From Candidatus Polarisedimenticolia bacterium (GTDB lineage: Bacteria; Acidobacteriota; Polarisedimenticolia; Gp22-AA2; AA152), in assembly GCA_035764505.1 (NCBI GenBank), contig DASTZC010000215.1, forward strand, positions 2,402 to 66,401: a DNA stretch of 64,000 nucleotides, written 5' to 3'. Positions 38,401 through 47,900 of the stretch are shown here, one piece after another. A program made the translations under genes and the position numbers. Within the stretch, counting starts at the first letter, position 1. Every line of letters starts with the position of its first letter. The notes under the pieces were generated by a model that saw only the letters and a program-made list of their open reading frames with translations, searched no databases and was not told where the DNA came from.

Positions 38401-39110
38401 AGACCAGCGACACCACCGGCGCCACCTTCAACGGCTCCTGCACCAACCAGGCCGGCCTCAGCACCAGCGCCGCGCCGAAGACCATCAAGCTGGACAAGAC
38501 CGCCCCGGTGATCTCCATCACCTCTCCGGGATCGGGCGGCTACGTCCTGAACTCCGTGGTCGCATCGCAATTCTCCTGCAGCGACGCGACTTCCGGCGTC
38601 AGCACCTGCTCCGGATCGCTGGCCAATGGCGCCAGCCTCGATACCGCCAGCATCGGCTCCAAGTCGGTGACGGTCACGAGCACGGACCTCGCAGGCAACC
38701 AGGCGACTCTGACGAAGTCCTACAACGTCCAGTTCGCCAGCCTGGGCGCCTGTCTCGATTCGACCGGGCACACGATCCTCCAGCCCATCAACGCCGACGG
38801 GACCAGCGTCTTCAAGCAGAAGAGCACCGTCCCGGCGAAATTCCGGGTGTGCGATGCCAACGGGGTTTCCGTCGGGTCGTCCGGTGTGGTGAGCAGCTTC
38901 CGGCTGATCCAGAAGACCTACGGGACGGCCACGGACGTGGACGAGGCGGTCCTCTCCACCACCCCGGACACCGATTTCCGTTGGGATCCGACGGGCAGGC
39001 AGTGGATCTTCAACATGTCGACGAAGATGATGATCGCGAATACCACCTACGTCTACCGCGTCACCCTCGCCGACAACACGACGATCGATTTCGCCTTCGG
39101 ATTGAGGTAA
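35433..39110 (+). CDS. Secreted Kelch-repeat beta-propeller protein with a C-terminal array of seven ~80-aa Ig-like tandem repeats (1226 aa)
   Basis: RBS GGAGAAAAGG; signal peptide MTKGRLSLVIFLLIVVVAVFPARS; six Kelch-like blades (DGRVLIAGG / DGSVLLAGG motifs); repeats KVDKTGPSAQMAVTSGTAGSNGWYTSDVTIGTSGSDSVSGPVTCTGDQHQNDETTG... Confidence 0.8.
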   Translation: MTKGRLSLVIFLLIVVVAVFPARSIITRGPSGSWTLLSTSADVRPDASAALMDDGRVLIAGGMNGEEPSAAAQVFTSDGEFVAVASMSHARGGHQAVKLAGGAVLIAGGVGWGGNPHGSAEIYDPASDSWTSTEPMVSPRTEFSATLLKDGRVLLAGGNNGGAILSSMEIFDPQTQAFSSSAAALGTPRRGHSATLLMDGRVLIAGGSDGSSVLSTTEVYDPATDSMAQGPSLAAARMEHSASRLLDGSVLLAGGSDGSADLASAEIVDAHAFADSTPTAGMAAARRGHRSVVLPDNGSVLILGGASGSDAIAEVFRPASGTFVATSAQHAAHSGGIASALSQEGVALSAGGGSTEVYSFATVKTDKEDYAPGTIVTITGSGWEPGETVGITLHEVPELHEELAWSTTADETGAIHDTTFSPEWQHQGVRFYLVASGSVSEAMNTFTDGTPTRITSSSMSPSSGACRSTITASATLEFKTGPNNSPFAGLAGKPVTFTLGTESATGITGSNGVASVSLTVAPGAASLRAEFAGDATFNDTATTIAFSVTGVCNNDSTAPVITPNVTGLLGTNGWYVSNVSVGWSVSDPESSVTNMSGCGASSVSADTNGVTFTCIATSAGGTGSRSVTIKRDATAPSASLAVTSGTLGANGWYTSDVTLATSGSDSMSGPVSCTPLQQQTTDTAGTTFFGSCTNGAGLISPATPLTIKVDKTGPNAVIAVTDGTAGANGWYVSDVTIGTSGSDSVSGPVTCTADQHQSDETDGTTFNGSCTNAAGQSMDAAPLTVKVDKTGPSAQMAVTSGTAGSNGWYTSDVTIGTSGSDSVSGPVTCTGDQHQNDETTGAIFSGSCTNDAGLSTDAAPLSVKVDKTGPSAQMAVTSGTAGSNGWYTSDVTIGTSGSDEVSGPVTCTGDQHQNDETTGASFSGSCTNDAGLITGATLTVKVDKTGPSAQLGVISGTPGSNGWYISDVTIGAYGSDSISGPVSCTGDQYQTSDTTGATFNGSCTNQAGLSTSAAPKTIKLDKTAPVISITSPGSGGYVLNSVVASQFSCSDATSGVSTCSGSLANGASLDTASIGSKSVTVTSTDLAGNQATLTKSYNVQFASLGACLDSTGHTILQPINADGTSVFKQKSTVPAKFRVCDANGVSVGSSGVVSSFRLIQKTYGTATDVDEAVLSTTPDTDFRWDPTGRQWIFNMSTKMMIANTTYVYRVTLADNTTIDFAFGLR
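37060..38720 (+). repeat. Seven tandem ~240-bp coding repeats (the central four near-identical at nucleotide level) inside the Kelch/Ig gene
   Basis: Units starting near 37060, 37300, 37540, 37780, 38020, 38254 and 38490. The units at 37780 and 38020 share long identical stretches (gtcaaggtcgacaagaccggcccgagcgctcagatggccgttac...). Confidence 0.75.
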
Positions 39111-39130
39111 TTCCGGAGAGAGGGAAAAGT

Positions 39131-39176
39131 CCCGGCGCGGCGGCTTCCAGGCCGCCCGCCGGGATTTCTTTTTCCT
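39131..39176 (+). terminator. Hairpin plus T-rich tail after the Kelch/Ig gene (shared by the convergent genes)
   Basis: CCCGGCGCGGCGGC-ttccag-GCCGCCCGCCGGG followed by ATTTCTTTTTCC. Confidence 0.45.
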
Positions 39177-39261
39177 GTGACCATAGCAACCATTCGGAAG
39201 GGCCCGTGGCCGCGATGGCAGGTTGATGGTCAGGCCGAGTCTGTCGTGTGGGGGCCGATTC

Positions 39262-42200
39262 TCAGAAGTAGACCTGGAACCCGAACTGAAAGCGGCGGCC
39301 GAAATCGCGCGTGGCGATGGAACGCTCGACCGTGTGGACGATCTCGCCGAACTGCAGCCATTCCACCTGGTAAACCCGCAGGTCGTCGGTGTTCAGCAGG
39401 TTATAGATTTCCAGGAAACCGGACGCCGATGCCTTGCCGAGGACGAAGTTCTTCTGCACCCGCACGTTGAACAGATAAGACGCCGGGTTGCGATGGATGT
39501 TGCGTCCCTCCCGCACCAGAGCGCCGGTGCCGTTCTGGTCGATGTGCCCGTACACCACCCTGCCCTGGGCGAAGCCGGCGTCGTCCAGCGCGCGGCCGTT
39601 GAAGACCTCCGAATAGGGCAGTCCCGACGACCACTGGGCGCTGCCGCCGATCCGCCAATCCCCAGGCAGATAGGCAATGGCATTGAGCTTCACCACGTGC
39701 CGCTGGTCGTAGCTCAAGTAGCCGTGCTCGTACTCGACGAGCGAGGGATCGTCGCCGCTTTCGGAGAGATAGCTCTCCGCGTCCCCGGTCGCCTCGGACC
39801 AGGTGTAGCTGCCCTCGAGCTGCCATTTCCGGCTGAGCCGCCGCACCAGCTCCAGCTCCCATCCGCGGTACTCCTGGGCATTGCTGTTTCCGAGGTGGAA
39901 GATGCGATTGAAAAAGAAGTTGTGCACGTAGAGATCGGGTAGCCCGTCAGGAATGGGCAGGCACTGGTTCCGCACGGGGACGTCACCGCCGCTTCCGCAG
40001 ACAACCTGTCCGAGGGCATCTCGTGGCATTCCGGTGACGGGATCGATCGTCTGATAGTGGTTGATGTCGACATCCTGCAGCTGGTCCCGGTAATCCCGGC
40101 GGATATAGGTGAGGCGCAACGACACTTCCGGAGCAATCTCCCGCTCGAACCCCAGCGTCATCTCGTCGCTGTAAGGGGTGGACAAATCGCGGTCCACCGA
40201 GGTGATCGAGGCCGGGGAGTTGGAGATGACCGGGCCGATCTGGCGGTCAGGCTTCCCGGTCTGGCTGTTCACGCCGTCGAAATCGAAGCTGTAGTAGCGC
40301 GACAGCTGGTCGGGCCCCTGCTCCAGAGCGATCGACTGCAGGAAGAGCTTGTCGTAGTAGCGTCCCCACGACATGAACCCTTTCGTCTTGCCGTCTCCCC
40401 AGGGATCCCAGGAGACGCTCAGCCGGGGCGCGAGGTTATGGTTCTCCAGCTCCACCGTCTCGGGCCGGCGGGGATTGATGCCGCTGGCCAGGAAGTCAGC
40501 CGCCGTGGGAGCCCTCCCCAGGAGCTTTTCGAGAAACGGCGAGAGCAGCTCCCGGCTCAGCTGATGCCGGGCGAGACGCTTCGGGGCAGCCGCTTTCAGC
40601 CCGGAGTAGATCTGGGAGATGCGCAGGTTGGGTGTGACTCCCTGACACTGTGCGAGAGGGTCCCCACAGAGGCCGGCGGTGCCCACCTGATCGTAGGGAT
40701 TCGTGTCCGAGCCGGCGGCGAGCAGCAGCCCATCGTAGGCGCGGCGCTCCTCGGCGGGATCGAACGGCGTGTAGCCGGAGGAAGTGAGACGCTCGACGTC
40801 CAGCCGCAGCCCCAACCCGATCGAAAGATTGGGGACCGGCTTGTAGCTGTCCTGGAAGTAGACCCCGAAGTTATCCCCGTCCGCCGTCGGGTTGCCGCTC
40901 ACGGGAATGGCGAAGAACCCGAAGAAGCCTCTTGGGGTCTGGCTCGGGGTGTGCCTGGTCGCAACCCGGGTCTGCAGCCCCTGTGCGAACAGGGTTGGCC
41001 TTATTTCGGTGTAGCCGGCATAGCTCTCCTGCTCGTAGACCAGGCCCATTCGAAGGTCGTGGGTCCCGAACAGATCTCCCACATAGGCCGAGGAGTCCTC
41101 CCTCAGCGTCAGGCGTGAGCGGTGGTCGTCGTGGCTGTAGGGATAGGGTCCGGAGGTACGTCCGTAGGAATCCTGTAGGTAGTCGCGGTCGGGGGCCTGG
41201 GGACGGCGATATTCCCCCGCCTCCGGAAGGCCGTTACCGTTGACGTCGTTCCAGAAGGGGAAAGGGGTTTGCCCCGAATCGGCCACGACATCCAGCAGCC
41301 CATTCGCGTTGGCGTCCTCCGTGTCGAAGACACCGTTGCCGGCGGTGCCGGCGGCCACCGGCCGCGAGGCGCCCAGACAGTAGCCGAAGGCCGACTGGGC
41401 GCAGGGCAGATTGAGGCCCGTGTCCTCATCCGGATCCACGGTGCCGTCGCGGTCGAGATCTATTTCCCGGTCGATCGAGCCGTTGCAGTTGAGGTCCTCG
41501 TGCTCCCGCCCCTCACACCCGAATTGCGTGGTGCGGCGGCCGTCCGCGTCCAGGTCGTATTGAGCGTCGGGGCGGCTCGCGAAGAGCTCCTCGTGGATGT
41601 CGTACGCACCATCGAAGTCATAGTCCTCCCCGGGGTCCCGCTCGTTTGCCTCCAGGATGCCATTCTGGTTGTAATCGATGAACAGCGTCCCGTTGCCGTT
41701 GGTGTCGGCGTCGATCGTGGGGACGACCTGGAAACGATTGTCGAACCAGGAGGCCGAGGTCTCGAAGATGAGGGTCGACTTGGGCAGCGCCGAGTGCTTG
41801 AGGGTGTAGGTCGGTCCGCCGCGGCGGAAGGTGTAACCCGATTCGACGGCGGTAAAGCTCCCCAGACCCTGGTCCTCGTCCTGGGTCCTATCGAAGATCA
41901 CCGAGAGCGCCAGCTTCTGTGCCGCCGTCGCCTGCCAGGTCAGCTTGCCGAACTCGCGAAGCCCCGTGGTGCGCGTCACGTAGGATTGCGTCACCGCGTT
42001 CACCGGCGTCTCTTCCTGGATGTACTCGCTGGCCAGGTAGTACCAGAGACGATCGCGGACGAAGGCGCCGGAGAGCGACAGGTACGGCTTGATATCGGTG
42101 AACGACATCTCGCGCACGCTCGAGCCGCCGCCTAGCCCACTGAGGTCCGGCGGATCGACCCCGGCGCCATCGCCGTCGACGCGATGGCTGCGAACGAAGA

Positions 42201-42996
42201 GCTTGAAGGTCCCCTGGAACTCGTTGCCGCCGGATTTCGTCACGATGTTCGCGAAGCCGCCCTGCGCCCGGCTGAATTCCGCCGGCGCGCCCGCGGTGAT
42301 CACCTCGACCTCCTGGATCGACTCGATGTTGAGCTGCTGGCCGAAGTAGCCGGTGAACGGATCCGTCGTGCTGACGCCGTCAACCAGCGTGATGACGTCC
42401 GTGGAGCGCGCCCCATGGATGTTCGGATTGCCGGTCTTGTCGACGTCGGTCACGCCGGGGGCGAGCGTGAGCAGCTCCTGATAGTCGCGCCCAAACACCG
42501 GCAGCTCCCCGATGAAGCTCGAGGAGAAGGTGGTGGAGGTGGTGACGCTTTCGGTGTCCACCGTGTCGGAGCGCCCGGCCACACGAATGCGCTGCTGCAG
42601 CTCCGAAGAGGGTCGCAGCTGCATGTCCTGGTTAAAGGTCTTCCCGGCGGTGAGCGTCAGATCGGTGAATTCGATGGGCGCGTAGCCGGGGAGGGAGGCG
42701 CGCAGCCGGTACCCCCTTCCCGACGGGAGCGAGGTTATCCGGTAGCGTCCCGCGGAGTCTGTGGTAGTCCCGCGCTCGCCGGTGGCCAGGCTGGCATTGC
42801 TGACCACCACGGTGACCCCGGGAAGCGGCGCGCGATTCTCATCGACGATGAGACCTTCCATCGCCGCCCAGTCGGAGGCAACGGCCGGATCTGGGCTACC
42901 CACCAGACAGAGCAGGAGCGTAAGGCCGAATCCCCGGCAAATCGTTCGGGCGAGCATGCCCCCGACTTTCGTGACGATGACTTTAGGTGACTCCAT
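39262..42996 (-). CDS. TonB-dependent outer-membrane receptor with N-terminal CarboxypepD_reg domain and an Asp-rich Ca-binding-like insert (1244 aa)
   Basis: Signal peptide (alternative start MLARTICRGFGLTLLLCLVGS at 42957); CarboxypepD_reg (LIVDENRAPLPGVTVVVSN...DSAGRYRITSLPSG); TonB-box/plug region; beta-barrel ending ...FGFQVYF. Insert with repeated DxDxDG-like motifs (DADTNGNG, DLDADGR, DLDRDGTVDPDED). Confidence 0.8.
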   Translation of the reverse strand: MESPKVIVTKVGGMLARTICRGFGLTLLLCLVGSPDPAVASDWAAMEGLIVDENRAPLPGVTVVVSNASLATGERGTTTDSAGRYRITSLPSGRGYRLRASLPGYAPIEFTDLTLTAGKTFNQDMQLRPSSELQQRIRVAGRSDTVDTESVTTSTTFSSSFIGELPVFGRDYQELLTLAPGVTDVDKTGNPNIHGARSTDVITLVDGVSTTDPFTGYFGQQLNIESIQEVEVITAGAPAEFSRAQGGFANIVTKSGGNEFQGTFKLFVRSHRVDGDGAGVDPPDLSGLGGGSSVREMSFTDIKPYLSLSGAFVRDRLWYYLASEYIQEETPVNAVTQSYVTRTTGLREFGKLTWQATAAQKLALSVIFDRTQDEDQGLGSFTAVESGYTFRRGGPTYTLKHSALPKSTLIFETSASWFDNRFQVVPTIDADTNGNGTLFIDYNQNGILEANERDPGEDYDFDGAYDIHEELFASRPDAQYDLDADGRRTTQFGCEGREHEDLNCNGSIDREIDLDRDGTVDPDEDTGLNLPCAQSAFGYCLGASRPVAAGTAGNGVFDTEDANANGLLDVVADSGQTPFPFWNDVNGNGLPEAGEYRRPQAPDRDYLQDSYGRTSGPYPYSHDDHRSRLTLREDSSAYVGDLFGTHDLRMGLVYEQESYAGYTEIRPTLFAQGLQTRVATRHTPSQTPRGFFGFFAIPVSGNPTADGDNFGVYFQDSYKPVPNLSIGLGLRLDVERLTSSGYTPFDPAEERRAYDGLLLAAGSDTNPYDQVGTAGLCGDPLAQCQGVTPNLRISQIYSGLKAAAPKRLARHQLSRELLSPFLEKLLGRAPTAADFLASGINPRRPETVELENHNLAPRLSVSWDPWGDGKTKGFMSWGRYYDKLFLQSIALEQGPDQLSRYYSFDFDGVNSQTGKPDRQIGPVISNSPASITSVDRDLSTPYSDEMTLGFEREIAPEVSLRLTYIRRDYRDQLQDVDINHYQTIDPVTGMPRDALGQVVCGSGGDVPVRNQCLPIPDGLPDLYVHNFFFNRIFHLGNSNAQEYRGWELELVRRLSRKWQLEGSYTWSEATGDAESYLSESGDDPSLVEYEHGYLSYDQRHVVKLNAIAYLPGDWRIGGSAQWSSGLPYSEVFNGRALDDAGFAQGRVVYGHIDQNGTGALVREGRNIHRNPASYLFNVRVQKNFVLGKASASGFLEIYNLLNTDDLRVYQVEWLQFGEIVHTVERSIATRDFGRRFQFGFQVYF

Positions 42997-43113
42997 GAAT
43001 CTAAATGACTTATACGACGTGACCCGCAGGCTGTCAAGGAGTTTATGCAGAGCAGATGCGCCCCGCGGGCGCGCGGGAGGTGTCCGGCGGCTACGGCTTG
43101 CACGGCCACGAGA

Positions 43114-44832
43114 CTACGGAGCGAAAGGAGGCGGGACGCGCCGTTTCGTGGCCTGCTCGAAGGCATAGGCCAGCTCGATGAGACGCGGCTCGCTGCAGGC
43201 CTTCCCGGCGAAGCTGACTCCATAGGGTGACGGCTTCGCTTCCACGCCCGCGGGGAAGGGAGGCGTTGGCGCATTGGGAACGAACCCCAGCGGAACGATC
43301 ACCGTCGGGTAGCCCGGCATCGCCGATACCCAGCAGCCGCTCGAGGACGGGAAGAGGAGCGCATCCAGCTTCTCCCGGTCCATCACGCTGTCGATTCCTT
43401 CCTTGGCGGTGAGCCGCAGGTTTTTCGCCAGGTCGGCCTCGTAACGCGGCCGATCGGTTTCCACGTTCATCTCGTCGGAGATGTCGAGCTGCGCCTGCCC
43501 GTACTTGATGGCGCCGCCCCTCTGGTGCGCCACGTTCCACAGCCGCAGCTCGGTCAGCGTCTTCACGGGGGCCGCCGCTCCGAGAGAGGCCAGCCACTTG
43601 TTGAAATCCCGCTTCATGCCGTACTTGAGGACGACGGAGCAATCGGCATCCTTCCCCTTCGCCTCGTCGTACCCGCCGCACGGACCCCACTTCAGGAGAT
43701 TGTCGCCCGCCTCGGGGGCCAGGATGCTCGGCAGGTCGGCCGGGTCGATGATGACCGCCCCTTCCCGCTTCAGGACGGCGATGGCTTCGTCCATCAGCTT
43801 CGCCTGATCGGGGTTGAGCCCTCCGTCGGGCTCCTTCTCCCCGGGAATGGCAACCTTGTTATAGAAGAAGGCCCGGGGGATGCCGATGCGCGCCCCCTTC
43901 AAGCCGGCCCGGTTCAGGAAACGCCTGTAATCACCCGGGCGCCCGCACGCCGTATCCACGGGATCCTGGGGATCGGGACTCTTCCCCTCCAGGACGCCGA
44001 GAAGAATGGCAGCGTCGGTCACGGTCTTCGCCATCGGCCCGGCCGTGTCCTGATCGGCCGTGATGGGAATGACGCCGTAGCGGCTGATGCGGCCAACCGT
44101 CGGCTTGATGCCCACGAGCATCGTGTAGCTGGAAGGTGTGAGGATCGACCCGGAAGTTTCCGTGCCGACGCTGGCGGCCCAGAGATTCGCCGTGGTACCG
44201 ATGCCCGAGCTCGAGCCGGCCACGGTGAGAATGGGGCGCCCGTCCGCCGTCGCCTCCCGCGGGTCCCTGCGCGGGTCATAGGGGTTCATGCCGTAGCCGC
44301 TCACGGCGTTGTAGTTGCCGGGCATGCCGCTCGCGACGAAATTGGCCAGCTCCGTCATCTGCGTCTTGGCCAGGATGATCGCACCCGCCTCACGCAGGTT
44401 CTTCACGAGAGTCGCTTCATAAGGCGGCACGAATCCATCGAAGGCCAGCGCGCCACCGGTGGTGGGCAGATCGGTGGTCTGGATGTTGTCTTTTATGGCA
44501 ATCGGAATGCCGTGCAGCGGTCCGCGCAGATGCTTCTCCTTACGCTCCCGGTCCCGCGCGTCGGCCTCCTCCAGCGCCTTCGGATTGATCGTGATGGCGG
44601 CATGCAGCTTGTCCTCGTAGGTCGCGATCCGCACCAGATATTGCTGCACGAGCTGCCGGGACGTGACGCGGTTGGCCTCCAAAGCCGCCTGCATCTCCGG
44701 GATGCCGGCTTCGACGACGCTGAACGAAGCGGCCGGCGGCTTCGAAGCCGCCAGGACGCTTCCAACGAGTGTCACGACACAGAAGACCATCAAGAGCCGA
44801 CGCAACGCAGCCTCCTCATTATGAGATGGCAC
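43114..44832 (-). CDS. Secreted amidase (amidase-signature family)
   Basis: GIPIAIKDNI (catalytic Lys) and a GSSSGIG Gly/Ser-rich AS motif. Probable signal peptide if started at MVFCVVTLVGSVLAA (44790). Confidence 0.8.
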   Translation of the reverse strand: MPSHNEEAALRRLLMVFCVVTLVGSVLAASKPPAASFSVVEAGIPEMQAALEANRVTSRQLVQQYLVRIATYEDKLHAAITINPKALEEADARDRERKEKHLRGPLHGIPIAIKDNIQTTDLPTTGGALAFDGFVPPYEATLVKNLREAGAIILAKTQMTELANFVASGMPGNYNAVSGYGMNPYDPRRDPREATADGRPILTVAGSSSGIGTTANLWAASVGTETSGSILTPSSYTMLVGIKPTVGRISRYGVIPITADQDTAGPMAKTVTDAAILLGVLEGKSPDPQDPVDTACGRPGDYRRFLNRAGLKGARIGIPRAFFYNKVAIPGEKEPDGGLNPDQAKLMDEAIAVLKREGAVIIDPADLPSILAPEAGDNLLKWGPCGGYDEAKGKDADCSVVLKYGMKRDFNKWLASLGAAAPVKTLTELRLWNVAHQRGGAIKYGQAQLDISDEMNVETDRPRYEADLAKNLRLTAKEGIDSVMDREKLDALLFPSSSGCWVSAMPGYPTVIVPLGFVPNAPTPPFPAGVEAKPSPYGVSFAGKACSEPRLIELAYAFEQATKRRVPPPFAP

Positions 44833-44954
44833 CCGATGATGGGTCGCATCCGGTACGCGGAGCGGGAGCGGCCGGGATCATACTCTCGATCGCCGGAAAC
44901 CGCCGCCCTATTGGGAGAGCTAGGAATATCAGCGGGTTCAGAGGCCGGCTGGAG

Positions 44955-47900
44955 CTAATTGGTGAGATGGTGCGGCACGGTGACGATGACGGTCTTCCGG
45001 GTGCGATTCCCCGCTGCGTCGACGGCTTCGTAAACGAGCGTATAGGTGCGGCCGGGGCCGGAAGCCGAGCGCTCGGCGCGCAGCTGGACTTCCCGGTCAG
45101 GAGTCCCCAGGTCGGCTCCTGAGATGTCCCCCGTGGTGTTTCCGTCGCTGCCTCCCGGCGCATCGTCCGGCTCGGAGCTGCTCGCAGAGAGCAGGGTTAT
45201 CGCAGGCGCCGCAGTACAGGCATCAGAGGACTGCAGGGCCAAGCTCACCGGGACCATTCGGTGATCAGGTTTCCAGAGCACCGAAGGGCTGGCCGCGCCT
45301 TCGAGCCTGGGCGCCACCGTATCGCGAACCGTGACGGCAGCGACGCAAGTGGCGACGTTCCCGGAGCTGTCGGTCGCTTCGAACGTCAGCGCGCTTTCGC
45401 CGATGGGGAAGGTGCCGCTCGCGTCAACACCACCTCCCCTGCTGTTCCGGACGACAACGCCGGCATCACACGCATCGGCTACGGTCGCCATCAGGGAAAC
45501 GACGGCCCCGGCGGGAGAGGAGCATTCGTGCGGACTCGTGCTCGGACAGGCAAGAACCGGCGGGGTCGTATCCTCGACCGTCACGGACAGGGAGGCAACA
45601 TCCGACTCCCCGGCTTCGTCCGTGACCTTGAGTTGCAAATCATGGGTTCCCAACGGAAGCGTGACCTGCAAGGAAGCTCCGGTACCTAGCAAGACCTGAC
45701 CGCCGCTCCCATAGCCGCGGTACCACTCGTAGGAAACAATACCCTCCCCGGCCGACCCGCCGGAATCACTCGAGCCCGAGCCATCGAGCAGGACCGAGGC
45801 TCCCTGCGGACCCTCGCATTCGACACGGGGTGCGGCAAGGGCTCGCGCCGTGGGAGGTGCACTGAAGGCCACGCGCGTCTCTCCCTGGTAGACAAACGGA
45901 ATCATCGCCGAGACCGGCACCGTCGCGCCGTCGGAAATTTCGAGGGTCAAGTGGTACAAGGCGCCCGTCTCGAGCGCCGCGCCCAGTTCCATGGGAGGCG
46001 AAGGCCACGAGTCGAACGGCAGGACCGTGTGGCCGCCAGTGCGTGAGCGCACATGAGCCGAATACTCGTCAAAGCCCGTTAGCATGAACTCGAAACGGAC
46101 GGCCGGGTTGTCGACGCGCCGGATACAGAAATCGAGCGGCAGCGGAAGACCGGCAATCCGCAACATCGCATCGAATGGCCCGACTGGGTCCGAGCAGGTC
46201 CCGGGAGCTATCTCGAAATCGCTCAGCGCATCGGAGCAGCCGAGCGCCGGATCGAGATCAAAAAGGATCGGCTCCCCAAAGCTGATGTTTCCATAGCCGA
46301 TGCCCTCCCCCGCCACGCCGTCGGGAAGCAGCGCTTTTCGGCACCCTTCAGGGTCGATGAAGACGTCGGGAACCGCCTCGTCGACGAAGCTGGCAGGCAC
46401 TACATCGATGTGCCCGGACAGCGGGTCTCCCTGCGGATCGCCGGCCGTCGCGCGCACCCAAAGAGTGCCATCGCCGTTCTGGCGCACGCCGCCGAGGACC
46501 AGCGTGGGTTGACAGGCATCGCCAGAGCCGTCGCTGTTGAAATCCTCCTGGCCGGGATTCGACGTTGACGGACAGTTGTCGCAGGCGTTCCCTAGACCAT
46601 CGGAATCGGTATCCTCCTGCAACGGGTCGGCGGTGGCCGCGCAGAGATCGCAAGCATCACCGATTCCGTCCGCATCACCGTCCGATTGTCCTGGGTTGGC
46701 CAACCCCTGACAGTTGTCGCAGGCGTCGCCGGCCCCATCGCCATCGTCGTCCTGCTGGTCGGCGTTGCCTACCGAGGGGCAGTTGTCCGCCAGCGCGCAG
46801 AGACCGTCCAGGTCCTGATCGTTTTCAGGATCTTGCGGGCAGGCATCGCATGGGTCCCCCAATCCATCCGCGTCTCCATCTTCCTGCGCAGGGTTGTAAA
46901 GAGCCGGGCAATTGTCGAGAGAGCAGACATTGCCGGAGAATCCCGGATCACCATAAAGGTCTTGATCGATGTCGGTACAGAGATCGCATAGGTCGCCGAG
47001 ACCGTCTACGTCGGCATCCTCCTGGCCCGGGTTGTAGTTGAACTGACAGTTGTCGGCACTGTCCCGGACGTCATCCTCGTCGTAGTCGGAGTAGACCTCG
47101 AGCGATGCCGGCACGATCACCCTGGGCCGCAATGGATCATCACTCTCGATCGCCAGGCTGAGCGCACGCGTCCCGACCGGGAGGCCGGTCGAGTCGAAGC
47201 CGACCTCGACCTCCAGCGAACCTCCCGGAGGAATCGTCGCCTGCCGGGGGGAGACGGCAACAAATAAGGGGCGGGTCGACCATCGGCCCATTCCAGTCCC
47301 CAGATCTCCCTGAATGAAATAGATGCCGGCCGACGGCCCCGGAAGCCAGCTCAATGCACCATCTCCAACGTTGAACCAGGGGATGGAAACGGTACGCCAG
47401 AACCCTTGGTCGATGTCGAAGATGTACAGGCTGTTCCCTGAATCTGGCCCATAGGCGCAGTACAGTCGGCCGATCGGATCGATGGCACTGCCGAGGACCG
47501 CTGTGGCGGGGAGTAATGGAAGCTTCCGCCAGGTATTGCTTGCAACCATATACACGCCAAAGCCGGTCCCTCCATTGCCCTGTTGCCCGTAGAGGCGCCC
47601 GTCGAAATAACGTAATCCCCCCCATCGGCCGAACGTGAAGGGAGCGGCCCTAAGGGAAAGCACGGCTCCCGTATCCGGCTCGAAGCGGAAAAGCGCGGTG
47701 CCCAGCGCGAGATAGAGATAGCGAACCCCGTCACTGGCTATGACTCCGGTCCCCGCGCTGACGGGACTGCTACGCTTCGACCAGCTGTCAGTGGCGATGG
47801 TGTAGATGCCCATTTCCGAGTTCCCCGTGTAAACGGTGTAAATCTTCCCTCCCAGGAGGGCCGCCCCCCCGTTATTTCGCGCTGCAATGGGCGAAGGCGC

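Noticed and set aside
37060-38720. Regularly spaced direct repeats that could be mistaken for a CRISPR array
   Set aside because: The units are ~240 bp, contiguous, in-frame and protein-coding (Ig-like modules), with no short repeat/spacer structure. No cas genes are present.
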